From assembly GCA_029974275.1 (NCBI GenBank), contig JARKSN010000316.1, forward strand, positions 8,125-72,124: a stretch of 64,000 bases of DNA, in the 5' to 3' direction. Within the stretch, counting starts at the first letter, position 1, and every line of letters starts with the position of its first letter. Under the pieces are notes generated by a model, which worked only from the letters and a program-made list of their open reading frames with translations, was not told where the DNA came from and ran no database searches. This stretch comes from Candidatus Hydrogenedentota bacterium. GTDB lineage: Bacteria; Hydrogenedentota; Hydrogenedentia; Hydrogenedentales; SLHB01. Made by a program: the position numbers and the translations under genes. This document shows positions 28,838-38,938 of the stretch, piece by piece.

Positions 28838-30286
28838 ATGCTGACGAACGAAATCAGGGATCGCCTTCAACGGCACGGGCAAGAGCGAGTGCTTCGGTTC
28901 TGGGACCGCCTTGACGACGAGGCCTGCGGGACGCTGGGCGCGCAGCTGGCGACCATAGATTTTGAACTTATGGATCGGCTCATCGAGAAATGGATTCGCA
29001 ACACGCCGTCCGCGGAAAGATTCAACGCCATCGATCCGGTGCCGCTGATTCCCGAGGCCGATCTTTCGCGACCGGACGCCCGCGAGGCCTGCGCCGCTGG
29101 CGAAGACGCCCTGCGCCAGGGACGCGTAGGGTTGATCCTCGTTGCCGGCGGACAAGGAACCCGTCTGGGTTTTAGCGGCCCCAAAGGTTCTTACCCCATT
29201 GGCCCCATTTCCGGGCGCAGTCTCTTCGCGTATCATGCGGAGAAGATACGCAATCTGCAACGCCGGTATGCCTGCACGCTGCCATGGTACATCATGGTTA
29301 GCGCCGCCAACCGCGCCGCCACCGAGGCTTTTTTCCGCGAACACGACTATTTCGGCTTGCGCGTCCAAGACATCCGCTTTTTCCAGCAACGCATGATCCC
29401 GTGCGTCGACGACAATGGCGCCTTCATGCTCGACGCTCCCGGGCGGCTTGCCATGAACCCCAATGGCCACGGAGGCTGCATTCCCGCGATGGTCGAGAGC
29501 GGAATTACGAAAGACGCCCGGGAACGCGGCGTTGACACGCTCAGCTATTTCCAAGTCGACAACTGGGCGGCCAAGGTCGCCGATCCATTTTTCATCGGCT
29601 ACCATGTCCTTCGCGGCGGCGAAATGTCCTCGAAGATCAACCGTCGCAACGGACCCCGCGAAGCCGTCGGCGTCCACTGCCTATGCGACGGCGAATACCG
29701 CGTCATCGAATACTCCGAACTCGATATCTATCCGCAACTCTTGGAACTCGATGCTCATGGGAAGCCGGTCTACCTTGCCGGCAATCCCGCGATTCACATC
29801 CTTTCCGTGCCGTTTATCGAACGGGTATCTCACAATTTCCGCGAATTCCCGTGGCACTTGGCGCATAAAAAGATCGCCTGCATCGATGACGCCGGCGTGC
29901 GCATTGTCCCGGACAAGCCCAACGGCTACAAGTTCGAGACCTTTGTGTTCGACGCCCTCCGCTTCATTCGCCACGAGCCAATCGCATTGCTGATTCGCCG
30001 TGACGGCGAGTACACCCCCACGAAACAGTTCGAAGGAGACAACAGCGTTACGGCTGCGCGCGCGAGCATGGCCCGCTTCTGGGGCGAATGGCTCGACGAG
30101 GCCGGCGTCGCGACGCCGCGCGACGGACAGGGCAACGTCGCCGTGGACATCGAGATCAGTCCCGACTTCGCTTATTCGAAAGAGGAATTCATGGATCGCA
30201 TGAAAGGCTGCACTCTGGACATCAACGGCGGCATTTCCATTTCCGCCGACGGTTCCATCGAATACGCCGACAACAGGCGCGCGTGA
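28838..30286 (+). CDS. UDPGP-family UDP-sugar / UDP-N-acetylglucosamine pyrophosphorylase (UAP1-like)
   Basis: The nucleotide-binding loop is LILVAGGQGTRLGFSGPKGSYPIGPISGRSLF, and the overall length of 482 aa fits the UAP1/UDPGP family. Confidence 0.8.
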   Translation: MLTNEIRDRLQRHGQERVLRFWDRLDDEACGTLGAQLATIDFELMDRLIEKWIRNTPSAERFNAIDPVPLIPEADLSRPDAREACAAGEDALRQGRVGLILVAGGQGTRLGFSGPKGSYPIGPISGRSLFAYHAEKIRNLQRRYACTLPWYIMVSAANRAATEAFFREHDYFGLRVQDIRFFQQRMIPCVDDNGAFMLDAPGRLAMNPNGHGGCIPAMVESGITKDARERGVDTLSYFQVDNWAAKVADPFFIGYHVLRGGEMSSKINRRNGPREAVGVHCLCDGEYRVIEYSELDIYPQLLELDAHGKPVYLAGNPAIHILSVPFIERVSHNFREFPWHLAHKKIACIDDAGVRIVPDKPNGYKFETFVFDALRFIRHEPIALLIRRDGEYTPTKQFEGDNSVTAARASMARFWGEWLDEAGVATPRDGQGNVAVDIEISPDFAYSKEEFMDRMKGCTLDINGGISISADGSIEYADNRRA

Positions 30287-30289
30287 CGG

Positions 30290-33200
30290 CTACGGAGAGG
30301 AGACGCGACGGGGACGCTTGCGATCCGAGACAGCCTTGAACAATCCTTCGGAACGCGTGCAGACCCATGTGCACGAAAATGCCGCATCTCCCAAAATGTC
30401 CGCCACGTCCCTCAATGGCTTCCGGCCAAGACGCCACGCATCGTTGCTGACCGCATACATGGAATCCCCCTTTCCTCGGAGAAGTCCGTCCGCTTCCACC
30501 CGAAGAATCCCGCCGTCCGGAGCGGGCGTCTGAAACGACCACGGTTGTTTGCCGAAGCAGAGATCGATGACGGCATGGCCGACTTCACATCGAAACGAGG
30601 TTGCCTCCATCGCCGAGGTTCTCGCCCAGATCGCGGGCCGGCCATCGACATCGTCAAAAACGCGTACTCGCTCCACGCCCCGGATCCTGTTTTTCTCGTC
30701 GCCGATCACGAGCCGCGCATCCCGCAACGCCTGTTTACCATCCTCGTGCCACGGCAACAGGAGGATGCCGCCCAAAGAACCCACGGCTACGTATTCCAAA
30801 GCAGGAAGCATGGCTGCCGAAGTCAACACATCAAACGCCATCGCGCGACAATTTCCGATGTCGATCAGCGCCGCATAATCCGCTGGGGATGCCGTGAACG
30901 GCGCGGACGCGAGATCGCTCCAGGCATACCGAGGCTCCGACGACCATGCCAAGGCCGGAGCTCGCAACACGACCGTATCTCCAACGCGAAAGGCGTTCCC
31001 CGTGGTTTGGGCATCGATCTCTTCCCAAGCCAGGGGGCCGTCTTTCCACGAACTCCGATGAAACCGCCACGAAACCGTTTCGCCGGTCCCCTCCCTCTGA
31101 GCAGTGAAAAAACTTCCGAGCTCCGCTTCCCGGATGCGGTCGATGCGCCGAGGGCAGGGTTTGATGTCGCGAAGAACGAGACGATTCTCCTCGATTGCAT
31201 TCAAACACAGGAAGGAAGAACCGCCATTTTCGGGGTTTTGACTGTGGGTCGCGAGAAGCCACAGTTTCTCCTTTCCCGGAAAGGATTCCAGCGCGCATCC
31301 TGCGTCGGCAGCATCGAACACGAAGCGACCATCCGCCAGCAGGCGATCGTCGGAGATATCCGGAATTCGAGAACGGAGCAGAGGGGCATTCTTCGAAAGC
31401 AGGTCGCGCGGAATCCAGCTTTGGGTTAGTTCGAGGCGGCGTTTTCCCAACATGCCGTCGTCCTGAAACGCAACCATCAGATGCGCCACGCTGCGCAACG
31501 ACGGAGACGCGTCGATGCGTTCCAATCGCCACGGCCCTTCCATGCAAGAGACATGATACTGAGGGAATTCGGCGTCGCCGCCCACAACCACTCCCGTGCG
31601 CTTCCCATTTGCGCGGGCGACATCGCACCGTGTTTGCCCGCGCAACACGGTCAGCGTCATGGGATATTGGCCTGCCTGAGCAAGATCAACCCGCGCCAGC
31701 CCTGCCTGCGTCACCAGGACTCCGGTCCTGTTGTCGTCGAGCAATCCGATGGCATGCGTTATGTCCCACGCAAACCGATCCTCATGCCACCAATCCGGGA
31801 TCGGAAGCGGTTGCGCGCCGGTTTCCTCTGCTTCCACGCACGGCGTGAGAGACATGTCCGTTTTCGAGATGGGACGCCACACGATGTTTCCGACCTGTCC
31901 CTCGACTTGCGGCGTTTCCAGTTTTTCGCTCTGCCACGAAGCATCCGCAGCGGCGGAAGTCTGAAATGTCCATAGCCGATGCTTTTCGCGCGCCGTCAGA
32001 CGCAGCGCCGCCCCCCCGATTAAGCTCGGAACGCAATCCGAAGGCATGTCCGAAGGCGGCGCGAAGCACGCCATGATCGTTGCAGGGGATCTCGGATCGC
32101 GTTTCACGACGCATCGGCCAGGAACGAACACGTACAAACCTTCATTGAAGGAAGCGAACGATGCCCCGCGATCGAAAAAGAACCTGCTGCCGTCAAACAC
32201 GGATTTTCCGTCGAAGGCGCGAAACGACACCTTGCCTTCGCGACATGCGATCCGCAATGCGGGGGTGCTTATCTCCGATTCCGGATCGTGGGAGAGGGGC
32301 GTTTCGGATTTGTCCACTCGTTGGAACGGTCTTGCTTGCAGTCTCCAGAATCCATCTTCCGTTTCCAACGTAATAGGCCCATCCGAAACGTCGCGGCGCA
32401 GCCATGTAACGAGGTCATCTCGGAATTTCCAATTTCCAGCCGTTGTCTGCCGCCAGGAACGCGTCCGGTTCGCTTCATCAAGACGGACGATCCGCAGTTC
32501 CGTTTCCATGCCGGGACGTCGGGTCAAGCGCCACTGCCAGCCGCCGTTCTCCACGACGCTGGTTTGCGCGAGGGCATCCGGACCGGTCAGCAGGGTCAGT
32601 TGGCCATCTTGCCACAAGGCAACGAACCGGCTATTCATTTCTATGGCAACGCGCGCTGGACCTTCCAGACGAACCAGCGATCCGTTGCGGAATCGCTCAT
32701 CAACAACCTGTAACCGGAACGAGTCGGCATCGCGAACCGTCAGCCCCAGATCGGTTATCAACACAAGAGAACCGTCCGAGAGGATTTCCATATCCTTCGT
32801 GCACAAGAACGAAAACGTATCCCCCGACGAAGCCCAGACGGGCCTTTCGGCGCGCGACGCATCGCTCCATGCAATATCGAGTCCATTTTCGGGACCCGCC
32901 CGGAAATCCAGTTGTTCTCCTGCGACATCGACTCTGGCCGCCGTCTTCGTCGAAAGCGTTTCCTCAAACCGCAACGTCCCTTCGGACGCTTCCTCCACGA
33001 GGCGCGTTGTCCGGTCCGCAAACGTAAGCTGGATTCTGTCGTAGGAAAACCATTGCGCCGACACCAGGTCCTTGCCAAGCACGCGTTCTCGCCGGGTTTC
33101 CTCCAGCTCCGTCGAGTTTTTCCCCGGCATCAAGACCGCCAACTCACCTCGTTGAACCGTATATACATTGCCCGATGGCCCCAGCGCGGCGCCGTCGTAG

Positions 33201-36200
33201 ACATCTTCCTCGAACCCTCCAGGCTTGGCGTGAAGGGAGCGCCATGCGCCATGCGCGTTTCGCCAGCAGTGCGTTACGCCCTCCTCGCGAGAGACCTTGA
33301 AAACCTCCGTCTCGAGCAAGAGCCCGTCGCCCGGACGGACCATCGAAACGCCCCCCTTTTCCAGCATTTCGGCCAGCATGGCCCCAGAGACAGGCAATCG
33401 CGAGACAACCGCCCCGGAATCCGCCTGCACCGAGACAATGCCGGTTTGAGATTCGCGCTCGATGACGCCATAGGTCTGGTCTTTGGCGCGAAACCATCCA
33501 TAAAACGTGTATCCGGGAATGGGGGAAAGGAGACGTCGCAACCTGCCCTCAGCCGGATCGTACTGGGCCACGCTTCCCTGAATGTCTATGAAATAAACCT
33601 TGCCGTTGGAGCATTGCGCATATACGGTTTCTCGCGGATCGAATCCTGCCTCATCGAGCGCGCCGCCGCGCGCGTATTCGACGCAGGGAGCTGCAATGTC
33701 GCGCCATTCCATCATCGACAAGCGCCCGTCGGCGACGAACGCCATTCGGACCACGCCCCGATCATCCACCCGAATGCCGCCCTGGCGCACGTTCTCGGGG
33801 ATGGATGTCACCAAGCGTTGATGAAGGTCTTTTCCGACGAAAAGGACATCCCGATCGTCTGCAATGACCATTCCCGAGGAACTCGAAGCGCAGTGCTGCG
33901 GCGTCTGCTTCAGTTCGAGCGGCATTTCGCGCCAAGTGCCGCATGCGTGATCATAAACGCCCAGCGATGGATCGGGACCTACGAACACGACGCTGGAATC
34001 GTCTCGTTGCCAAGCGAAGATGGCTTTTTCCACGAGACGCCGCATGCCGCGGGCAGACCCAAAGCTATCCGCCTTCCATTGTGCGGAGGTTTTCCCTGAA
34101 ATCGGCGTCCAACGGACCAGAGAACCCTCGGCGTTGAGCGCCCAAACCCGCTGACCAGGAGCCTTTGAACCGGCCAGTTGCACCGCTGCCTTGCGCCCTC
34201 CAGGAATCTCGCGCCATGCGTTGTCGTATTGGTGGAACAACCGCCCGTCTTGCAGCCGGGCGAACACGATACCGGCGGCAGAGCATAAATCTGTCACCGG
34301 CGAGGGGGAAGAGCCGGATACGATTCCAAGCTGCGCATATGTCGCCGTATCGTTGTGGTAGGCGATCACGTGGCCGCCAGGGCCCGATGCAAGCATCGCG
34401 TTTTCGCCTGACGGCGCGATGGCGGTCGCACGACTCGGTTCGAAAGGAAAACCGCCCTTCCCAAATACGCCAGTGGAAATTCGGTCCGACACAAGACGCA
34501 GACAGCCGTCCTTGTATAGATAGACAAGGTCTTCGCCGGTCAAGCGAATCTGTTTCACCGTTTCCGGGCTGTCAGGGGAAGCGATCCAGCCGCGATCTTC
34601 GCCCATGTCGCCCGTATTCGAGGCATATTGGATGCACCGATCGCCCTTAAGAAAGGCCACCCGCCACCACTCCGACTTGCTTTCTCCGTCGCCCCGCACG
34701 TAAAGGCACGCATCCCCCAGAAACGAGGAAGAGGAGGCGGCGTCGGCGCCTAGGGTCGGCGCATGCCCTGTGCAAAAACGCCTAGGAAACCCGGTTTTTG
34801 GATAATCGTATCGGTAAATCTCGCCATTTTCCCCTAACCCCAAGAACACGCCATGGCACGAGACGACATGTTTGGCAGGACACTGGTTAAACGGGTCCAA
34901 CGCTCGCCAGTGGCTTTGCCGTTTTGGGTCGTATGCATAGCAATACGCCGCGCCGTTGCTATCCACCGCCAAGACCCCGTCGGGAAGGGCTTCCAATGCC
35001 CTGAATCCGCTTGCCCGCCGCCGCTCGTCAATCGTTCTATTTCCCTCCTGTCCGTGCCACAACGCCATGGATGCATCCTGATACCCGTGCGTATGGGCGT
35101 CATACAAAAACGTCCCGCGGTTCGTCGCGAAAAGCATCCCTTCGTCGACGGTTTTGATGCTCCGGACCTCCAGCGCGCCGACAGCGCCCTCGGGCTTCCA
35201 GCCGTTTCCGGACCTGATCGTCTCGTGTTGGCCTTGCGCCATGGGAGCCCTGGCCAGCCGAACCTCAAGCGCGGATCCGCCGGATGTGGCCTGATAGAGA
35301 CATAGCCCGCCGTCGGGGCTTACCGCCGCCGGCCCTGTGGCGTTCGCGTCGAGAACGACTACGTTTTTCGATAGGTCCTGATTTTCGGAAGCGTTTACAA
35401 GCAGCAATCCGGCATCCGTAGCCACCAGCGCTGCGCTCCCGTGCGACCCAGGAACCGTATCGATGGACGATATATTCGGACATGTCGCCACTCCGATGAG
35501 CCGGCGTTCTGTCGCATCGTAACGGAACAACGCGTTGGCCGTAGCCATCCACGTGGCGCTTTCATCTTGAGCCACCCGCGTGATGCTTGTCACGGCGTCG
35601 AGCTTCGGCGCTGTTTCGGGCTGATGCGTGAAATAGGGCCCCGCCCATCCCGCATCGGGATCGAAGAGCCAAGTGGAACCGTGCGAGTCTTGCGCCCATG
35701 CACTGTGTCCTTCATACGGGGCGTCGAGCTGGACAGCGGCCTGGGTATGCAGTTCGCCGCGATCCAGAAAATTCAGCGTTTGGCGATCTGCGCAACGGAC
35801 GCCTCCTTCCCGAAGCGTAAGCCAGACGCGATCGCGCGTCAGGCCGACATCCGCCATGTCAACCGCCGAGGCCTGGCCTGTTTGCCAGGAACGGTCTCGT
35901 TGCAATGTCCCATCCGAAAGAGGACTAAAGGTGTAGCGCGCCACGCCCGCGCCTCGAAGCGCCACTAGCCATCCCGACGCATCGAACGCATTGCCTTGCA
36001 CCTCCGCCTCCACGCTGCCGACAGAGGCGTGATGGCGCCAGTAGGGATTTTCAGGCGCCCCCAGCCACGAATTCATCGCTATCCCGCTTTTTCCATGCGT
36101 CGCATGGGACCGCTCGATAGCCTGTCCCGACGTCAAGACGAGAAACTCATCCGGTCCTTTGCCATTTGTGACGTCGAGCGTTGGATTTGGGATATGACGC

Positions 36201-36667
36201 TGCCGGACAAGACGGCTTTGCTTGTGGAGGATTGTCAGACCGTCCGATGTTCCCAGCGCCAGCCAATTTCCGTTTGACGCCATGGACGTGAATACCGTGC
36301 GCGTGTAATCCCAGAAGGGGCGTACGTCGCGCACATGGTCAAGGGTGTTCCAGGGAAACATCCACGGCAGCCTGGGGTTCACGGCAAACACCGACATCGC
36401 CGCACCCGAAAACAGGCATGCAGTCAGGAGCCCCCCCAGCGCCCAGACCGATATCGCTCGACGAGCGTAATCGTAGGGAAAGCTCGATATCTTGTAAGCG
36501 TTTGGTCGCAGTGAGGTTTCGGATGCTCCATGCTGCCGCGCGAAGTCTTCCGCCAAAGCATCGACGAAGCGAATCCGCCCCAGAATTCCTTCCTGCCACT
36601 CGCGCGGAACTCGCCGCCGCCACGCGCCCAGCAAACGGCGCAGTGTATTCAGGGCCAGCGCTTGCAT
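30290..36667 (-). CDS. Giant single-pass membrane protein with Reg_prop-like beta-propeller repeats (2125 aa from ATG 36667; 2241 aa if the TTG at 37015 is used)
   Basis: An Arg-rich cytoplasmic N-terminus, then one TM helix (ISVWALGGLLTACLFSGAAMSVFAV), then about 1900 aa of beta-rich repeats (NGNWLALGTSDGLTILH, TWMATANALFRYD, GMLFATNRGTFLYD). No catalytic motifs are evident. The ATG at 36667 overlaps the CHAT-gene stop (TGATG). Confidence 0.7.
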   Translation of the reverse strand: MQALALNTLRRLLGAWRRRVPREWQEGILGRIRFVDALAEDFARQHGASETSLRPNAYKISSFPYDYARRAISVWALGGLLTACLFSGAAMSVFAVNPRLPWMFPWNTLDHVRDVRPFWDYTRTVFTSMASNGNWLALGTSDGLTILHKQSRLVRQRHIPNPTLDVTNGKGPDEFLVLTSGQAIERSHATHGKSGIAMNSWLGAPENPYWRHHASVGSVEAEVQGNAFDASGWLVALRGAGVARYTFSPLSDGTLQRDRSWQTGQASAVDMADVGLTRDRVWLTLREGGVRCADRQTLNFLDRGELHTQAAVQLDAPYEGHSAWAQDSHGSTWLFDPDAGWAGPYFTHQPETAPKLDAVTSITRVAQDESATWMATANALFRYDATERRLIGVATCPNISSIDTVPGSHGSAALVATDAGLLLVNASENQDLSKNVVVLDANATGPAAVSPDGGLCLYQATSGGSALEVRLARAPMAQGQHETIRSGNGWKPEGAVGALEVRSIKTVDEGMLFATNRGTFLYDAHTHGYQDASMALWHGQEGNRTIDERRRASGFRALEALPDGVLAVDSNGAAYCYAYDPKRQSHWRALDPFNQCPAKHVVSCHGVFLGLGENGEIYRYDYPKTGFPRRFCTGHAPTLGADAASSSSFLGDACLYVRGDGESKSEWWRVAFLKGDRCIQYASNTGDMGEDRGWIASPDSPETVKQIRLTGEDLVYLYKDGCLRLVSDRISTGVFGKGGFPFEPSRATAIAPSGENAMLASGPGGHVIAYHNDTATYAQLGIVSGSSPSPVTDLCSAAGIVFARLQDGRLFHQYDNAWREIPGGRKAAVQLAGSKAPGQRVWALNAEGSLVRWTPISGKTSAQWKADSFGSARGMRRLVEKAIFAWQRDDSSVVFVGPDPSLGVYDHACGTWREMPLELKQTPQHCASSSSGMVIADDRDVLFVGKDLHQRLVTSIPENVRQGGIRVDDRGVVRMAFVADGRLSMMEWRDIAAPCVEYARGGALDEAGFDPRETVYAQCSNGKVYFIDIQGSVAQYDPAEGRLRRLLSPIPGYTFYGWFRAKDQTYGVIERESQTGIVSVQADSGAVVSRLPVSGAMLAEMLEKGGVSMVRPGDGLLLETEVFKVSREEGVTHCWRNAHGAWRSLHAKPGGFEEDVYDGAALGPSGNVYTVQRGELAVLMPGKNSTELEETRRERVLGKDLVSAQWFSYDRIQLTFADRTTRLVEEASEGTLRFEETLSTKTAARVDVAGEQLDFRAGPENGLDIAWSDASRAERPVWASSGDTFSFLCTKDMEILSDGSLVLITDLGLTVRDADSFRLQVVDERFRNGSLVRLEGPARVAIEMNSRFVALWQDGQLTLLTGPDALAQTSVVENGGWQWRLTRRPGMETELRIVRLDEANRTRSWRQTTAGNWKFRDDLVTWLRRDVSDGPITLETEDGFWRLQARPFQRVDKSETPLSHDPESEISTPALRIACREGKVSFRAFDGKSVFDGSRFFFDRGASFASFNEGLYVFVPGRCVVKRDPRSPATIMACFAPPSDMPSDCVPSLIGGAALRLTAREKHRLWTFQTSAAADASWQSEKLETPQVEGQVGNIVWRPISKTDMSLTPCVEAEETGAQPLPIPDWWHEDRFAWDITHAIGLLDDNRTGVLVTQAGLARVDLAQAGQYPMTLTVLRGQTRCDVARANGKRTGVVVGGDAEFPQYHVSCMEGPWRLERIDASPSLRSVAHLMVAFQDDGMLGKRRLELTQSWIPRDLLSKNAPLLRSRIPDISDDRLLADGRFVFDAADAGCALESFPGKEKLWLLATHSQNPENGGSSFLCLNAIEENRLVLRDIKPCPRRIDRIREAELGSFFTAQREGTGETVSWRFHRSSWKDGPLAWEEIDAQTTGNAFRVGDTVVLRAPALAWSSEPRYAWSDLASAPFTASPADYAALIDIGNCRAMAFDVLTSAAMLPALEYVAVGSLGGILLLPWHEDGKQALRDARLVIGDEKNRIRGVERVRVFDDVDGRPAIWARTSAMEATSFRCEVGHAVIDLCFGKQPWSFQTPAPDGGILRVEADGLLRGKGDSMYAVSNDAWRLGRKPLRDVADILGDAAFSCTWVCTRSEGLFKAVSDRKRPRRVSSP

Positions 36668-38010
36668 CACATCGTTCGTCTCATGCGACGGAAGTGTCGG
36701 CGGAATGGAGAAATCCGCATCCTCGGCGAGGTCTTCCAAAAAACATCTCCAGACATCCCAGCGGACCTCAGTCGAGAAATCCTCTGTAAGCGCCAGCCAC
36801 ATGGTCGCGCACGAACTTCCCAGCCGCGCCGCCAGTTCCGTCGGTTGCAGGGCGCGCACCAGATGAAACTGGTTGTGTATCGCGCGAACCGCCATTGTTT
36901 CAGGCTGGTTCTCGTGGTGCAGTAAAAGGTGCAGAAAACGTGCGTACGACTCACCGTTTCTGATGGATTCAGGGCCCACCGGGTAAAGAACTCCGCGGCG
37001 AGTTTGACGACGCAATGGATAGCGAGCGGCGGATCCTGGGAATCAAGCGCCGGCGTCTGGGCCTGATGCATCCCCAGCCGGATGTCGATGCTGGCGCCGA
37101 CGAAAAAACGAACCCCGGCGTCGAGGAAGGCATGCGGATATGAGAGCCCCTGCTCTTCGCGGCCTGATGGGTCACGTCCCGCGCTGTAGCAACAGCACGC
37201 GTACACCAGTTCCGGGACGATGCGTCTTTGGTTGGGTGCGGTGGATGATGTCTGGTCTGCGCGCAGAAAACGCCGGAGATCGGAAATCGACAGCACGTGT
37301 CCCGGGTGCAACAGCCAACCTCTTCCCTTGTCCGACGGGTCGGACAAATGACCCAAGAAAAAAACGGCGCGATGCTTGCGAAATATCTCGATCAAGAGGT
37401 CGAAGCGCCCCGCATCGTCGCCTTTGAGCCGTTGAAATTCCTCGCCGCTGAAGGTGTCCACAATCAAGTAAGGTTGCAACTGCCTCTGGAGCGATTTGGC
37501 CTGAGACTCGAACAATTCGTTTCCGTCCCCTGTCGCGTAGAGAATGGCAAGAGTTCTTTCGGGCGGCCGGTCGACAGGCGGACACGCCAAGTGGTCTATG
37601 ATCCGGTAGACAGGGCCTAGGGTGTCGAGCCATTTCTCGCCTGCGGGGAGCAGTTCTGGCAGCAGCTCACAGGATTGATAGGTGAGGATCAGCGTCAATG
37701 GAAGAGGCGGCGTGGAGGACTGCATGGCTTGGGTCACCAGATCGAAGCCCTTTTCCCATCCGATAAAACTAAGCAAATCGGCGCCTGCCGCCACAGGATA
37801 CGGTCGTAGCGGATCGTCGAGAGCCTCCTTCATGGATGCGTGCATTCGCCCGATCGCGCCGTGCAGGAGAGAATCCCAACGCTTTCCGGGATCAACGATG
37901 GGGTGCGATAGGGGAGCCGATGTCTTGTCCGCCGCTGAAAAGATAACCAGAAGGGGGGATTGCCCTTCTTCGGGATAATGAAGCGAGAATGTTGCGGATG
38001 CCTCGTTCAT
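36667..38010 (-). CDS. CHAT-domain (caspase-like) protease-family protein, cytoplasmic
   Basis: Catalytic-dyad-like motifs AVFFLGHLSDP (His) and PELVYACCCYSAGRD (Cys), with the spacing typical of the CHAT/caspase fold. No signal peptide. ATGA overlap with the upstream gene. Confidence 0.7.
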   Translation of the reverse strand: MNEASATFSLHYPEEGQSPLLVIFSAADKTSAPLSHPIVDPGKRWDSLLHGAIGRMHASMKEALDDPLRPYPVAAGADLLSFIGWEKGFDLVTQAMQSSTPPLPLTLILTYQSCELLPELLPAGEKWLDTLGPVYRIIDHLACPPVDRPPERTLAILYATGDGNELFESQAKSLQRQLQPYLIVDTFSGEEFQRLKGDDAGRFDLLIEIFRKHRAVFFLGHLSDPSDKGRGWLLHPGHVLSISDLRRFLRADQTSSTAPNQRRIVPELVYACCCYSAGRDPSGREEQGLSYPHAFLDAGVRFFVGASIDIRLGMHQAQTPALDSQDPPLAIHCVVKLAAEFFTRWALNPSETVSRTHVFCTFYCTTRTSLKQWRFARYTTSFIWCAPCNRRNWRRGWEVRARPCGWRLQRISRLRSAGMSGDVFWKTSPRMRISPFRRHFRRMRRTM

Positions 38011-38930
38011 GCGGGGGTGTTCTCGCCAGCGTCCGGCGCTGTGCCCGCCACTACGGGCAATTCGATCGTCACCTCGCGCAACTCGCCCGAACGGGTCGCA
38101 CCGGATAGAAATAGACGCAACGGTTCGGTCGTCGGCGGTGCAATCCGGAAATCGATCCCTCCTTCCCTGCGCAGGTCTCGAGCGCCCGTGGCAGGACGCT
38201 CGGAAGTTCCCAGCGCCACCGAGAGGGGAAACGAGGTTTCCCCGACGAGGTCACAATGGCATACCCAATAGACGGCCTCTCCGTCCTTGAGATATTCCTC
38301 CCGCAGAGTGATCCGGATCGTCACGCCAAAATCCTGGACGGGTGCATCCAGAAGAATTCGGTCCGGATACTCCGTCAAAGCAGGCACAGGTTGAATCCCC
38401 GTGCAGGTCCAGATGCCTACGCGCAGTCCTGGCTCAAACGCGGTTTCCAGCATTCGGATCCCGGCATGCGCGGCCTCCGATACGTGTTCCGCAAGCCGCC
38501 ACTTCTTGCCACGCAACACCAGCATTTGAGACGGGAAGGCGCCGACGCACGAGTGGGCGAAGTCCAGCCATTCGCGGCGTTGCTGGTTCATGTCGAGCAG
38601 GAGTGCCTTGGTCGCTTCTGGGAAAGGCTCGATGCCTTGGGTATGCGTTGCAACCGGTTGCTCGGTTTCCTCCTTCCAAAATTCAAGCGCGGCAAGGATG
38701 CTGTCAAGACCGGCTTGCGCGACATGGGGATCTGTTTCAAGATTCTTGATCACGGTAAGAAAACGGTCGAATTCATCGGCGGCCCGTTTCCGGAAAAAAG
38801 ACACGGCCTCCCGAATATCCGCTTCGGGCACGTTTTCTCCCGCAAGATAGTCAAGAATCATGTTTCGAGCCCTCTGTGCCGCGTCAATATCAGCTTGAGC
38901 GGGCACGATAGGCCGACTATTGGAATCCAT
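38007..38930 (-). CDS. Hypothetical protein (307 aa), coupled to the CHAT gene
   Basis: The ATG at 38930 is confirmed. The stop overlaps the CHAT start (ATGA at 38010-38007). Acidic, helical N-terminus; no known motifs. Confidence 0.6.
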   Translation of the reverse strand: MDSNSRPIVPAQADIDAAQRARNMILDYLAGENVPEADIREAVSFFRKRAADEFDRFLTVIKNLETDPHVAQAGLDSILAALEFWKEETEQPVATHTQGIEPFPEATKALLLDMNQQRREWLDFAHSCVGAFPSQMLVLRGKKWRLAEHVSEAAHAGIRMLETAFEPGLRVGIWTCTGIQPVPALTEYPDRILLDAPVQDFGVTIRITLREEYLKDGEAVYWVCHCDLVGETSFPLSVALGTSERPATGARDLRREGGIDFRIAPPTTEPLRLFLSGATRSGELREVTIELPVVAGTAPDAGENTPA

Positions 38931-38938
38931 GTTGTCTC

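Noticed and set aside
38007-38930. Possibility that the 307-aa protein upstream of CHAT is a bacterial gasdermin, which would make this a gasdermin-protease defence operon.
   Set aside because: Its N-terminus is acidic and predicted helical, not the beta-rich, lipid-binding N-terminal domain of bGSDMs. I cannot recall any gasdermin-like motif, so this is left as a test to run rather than a call.
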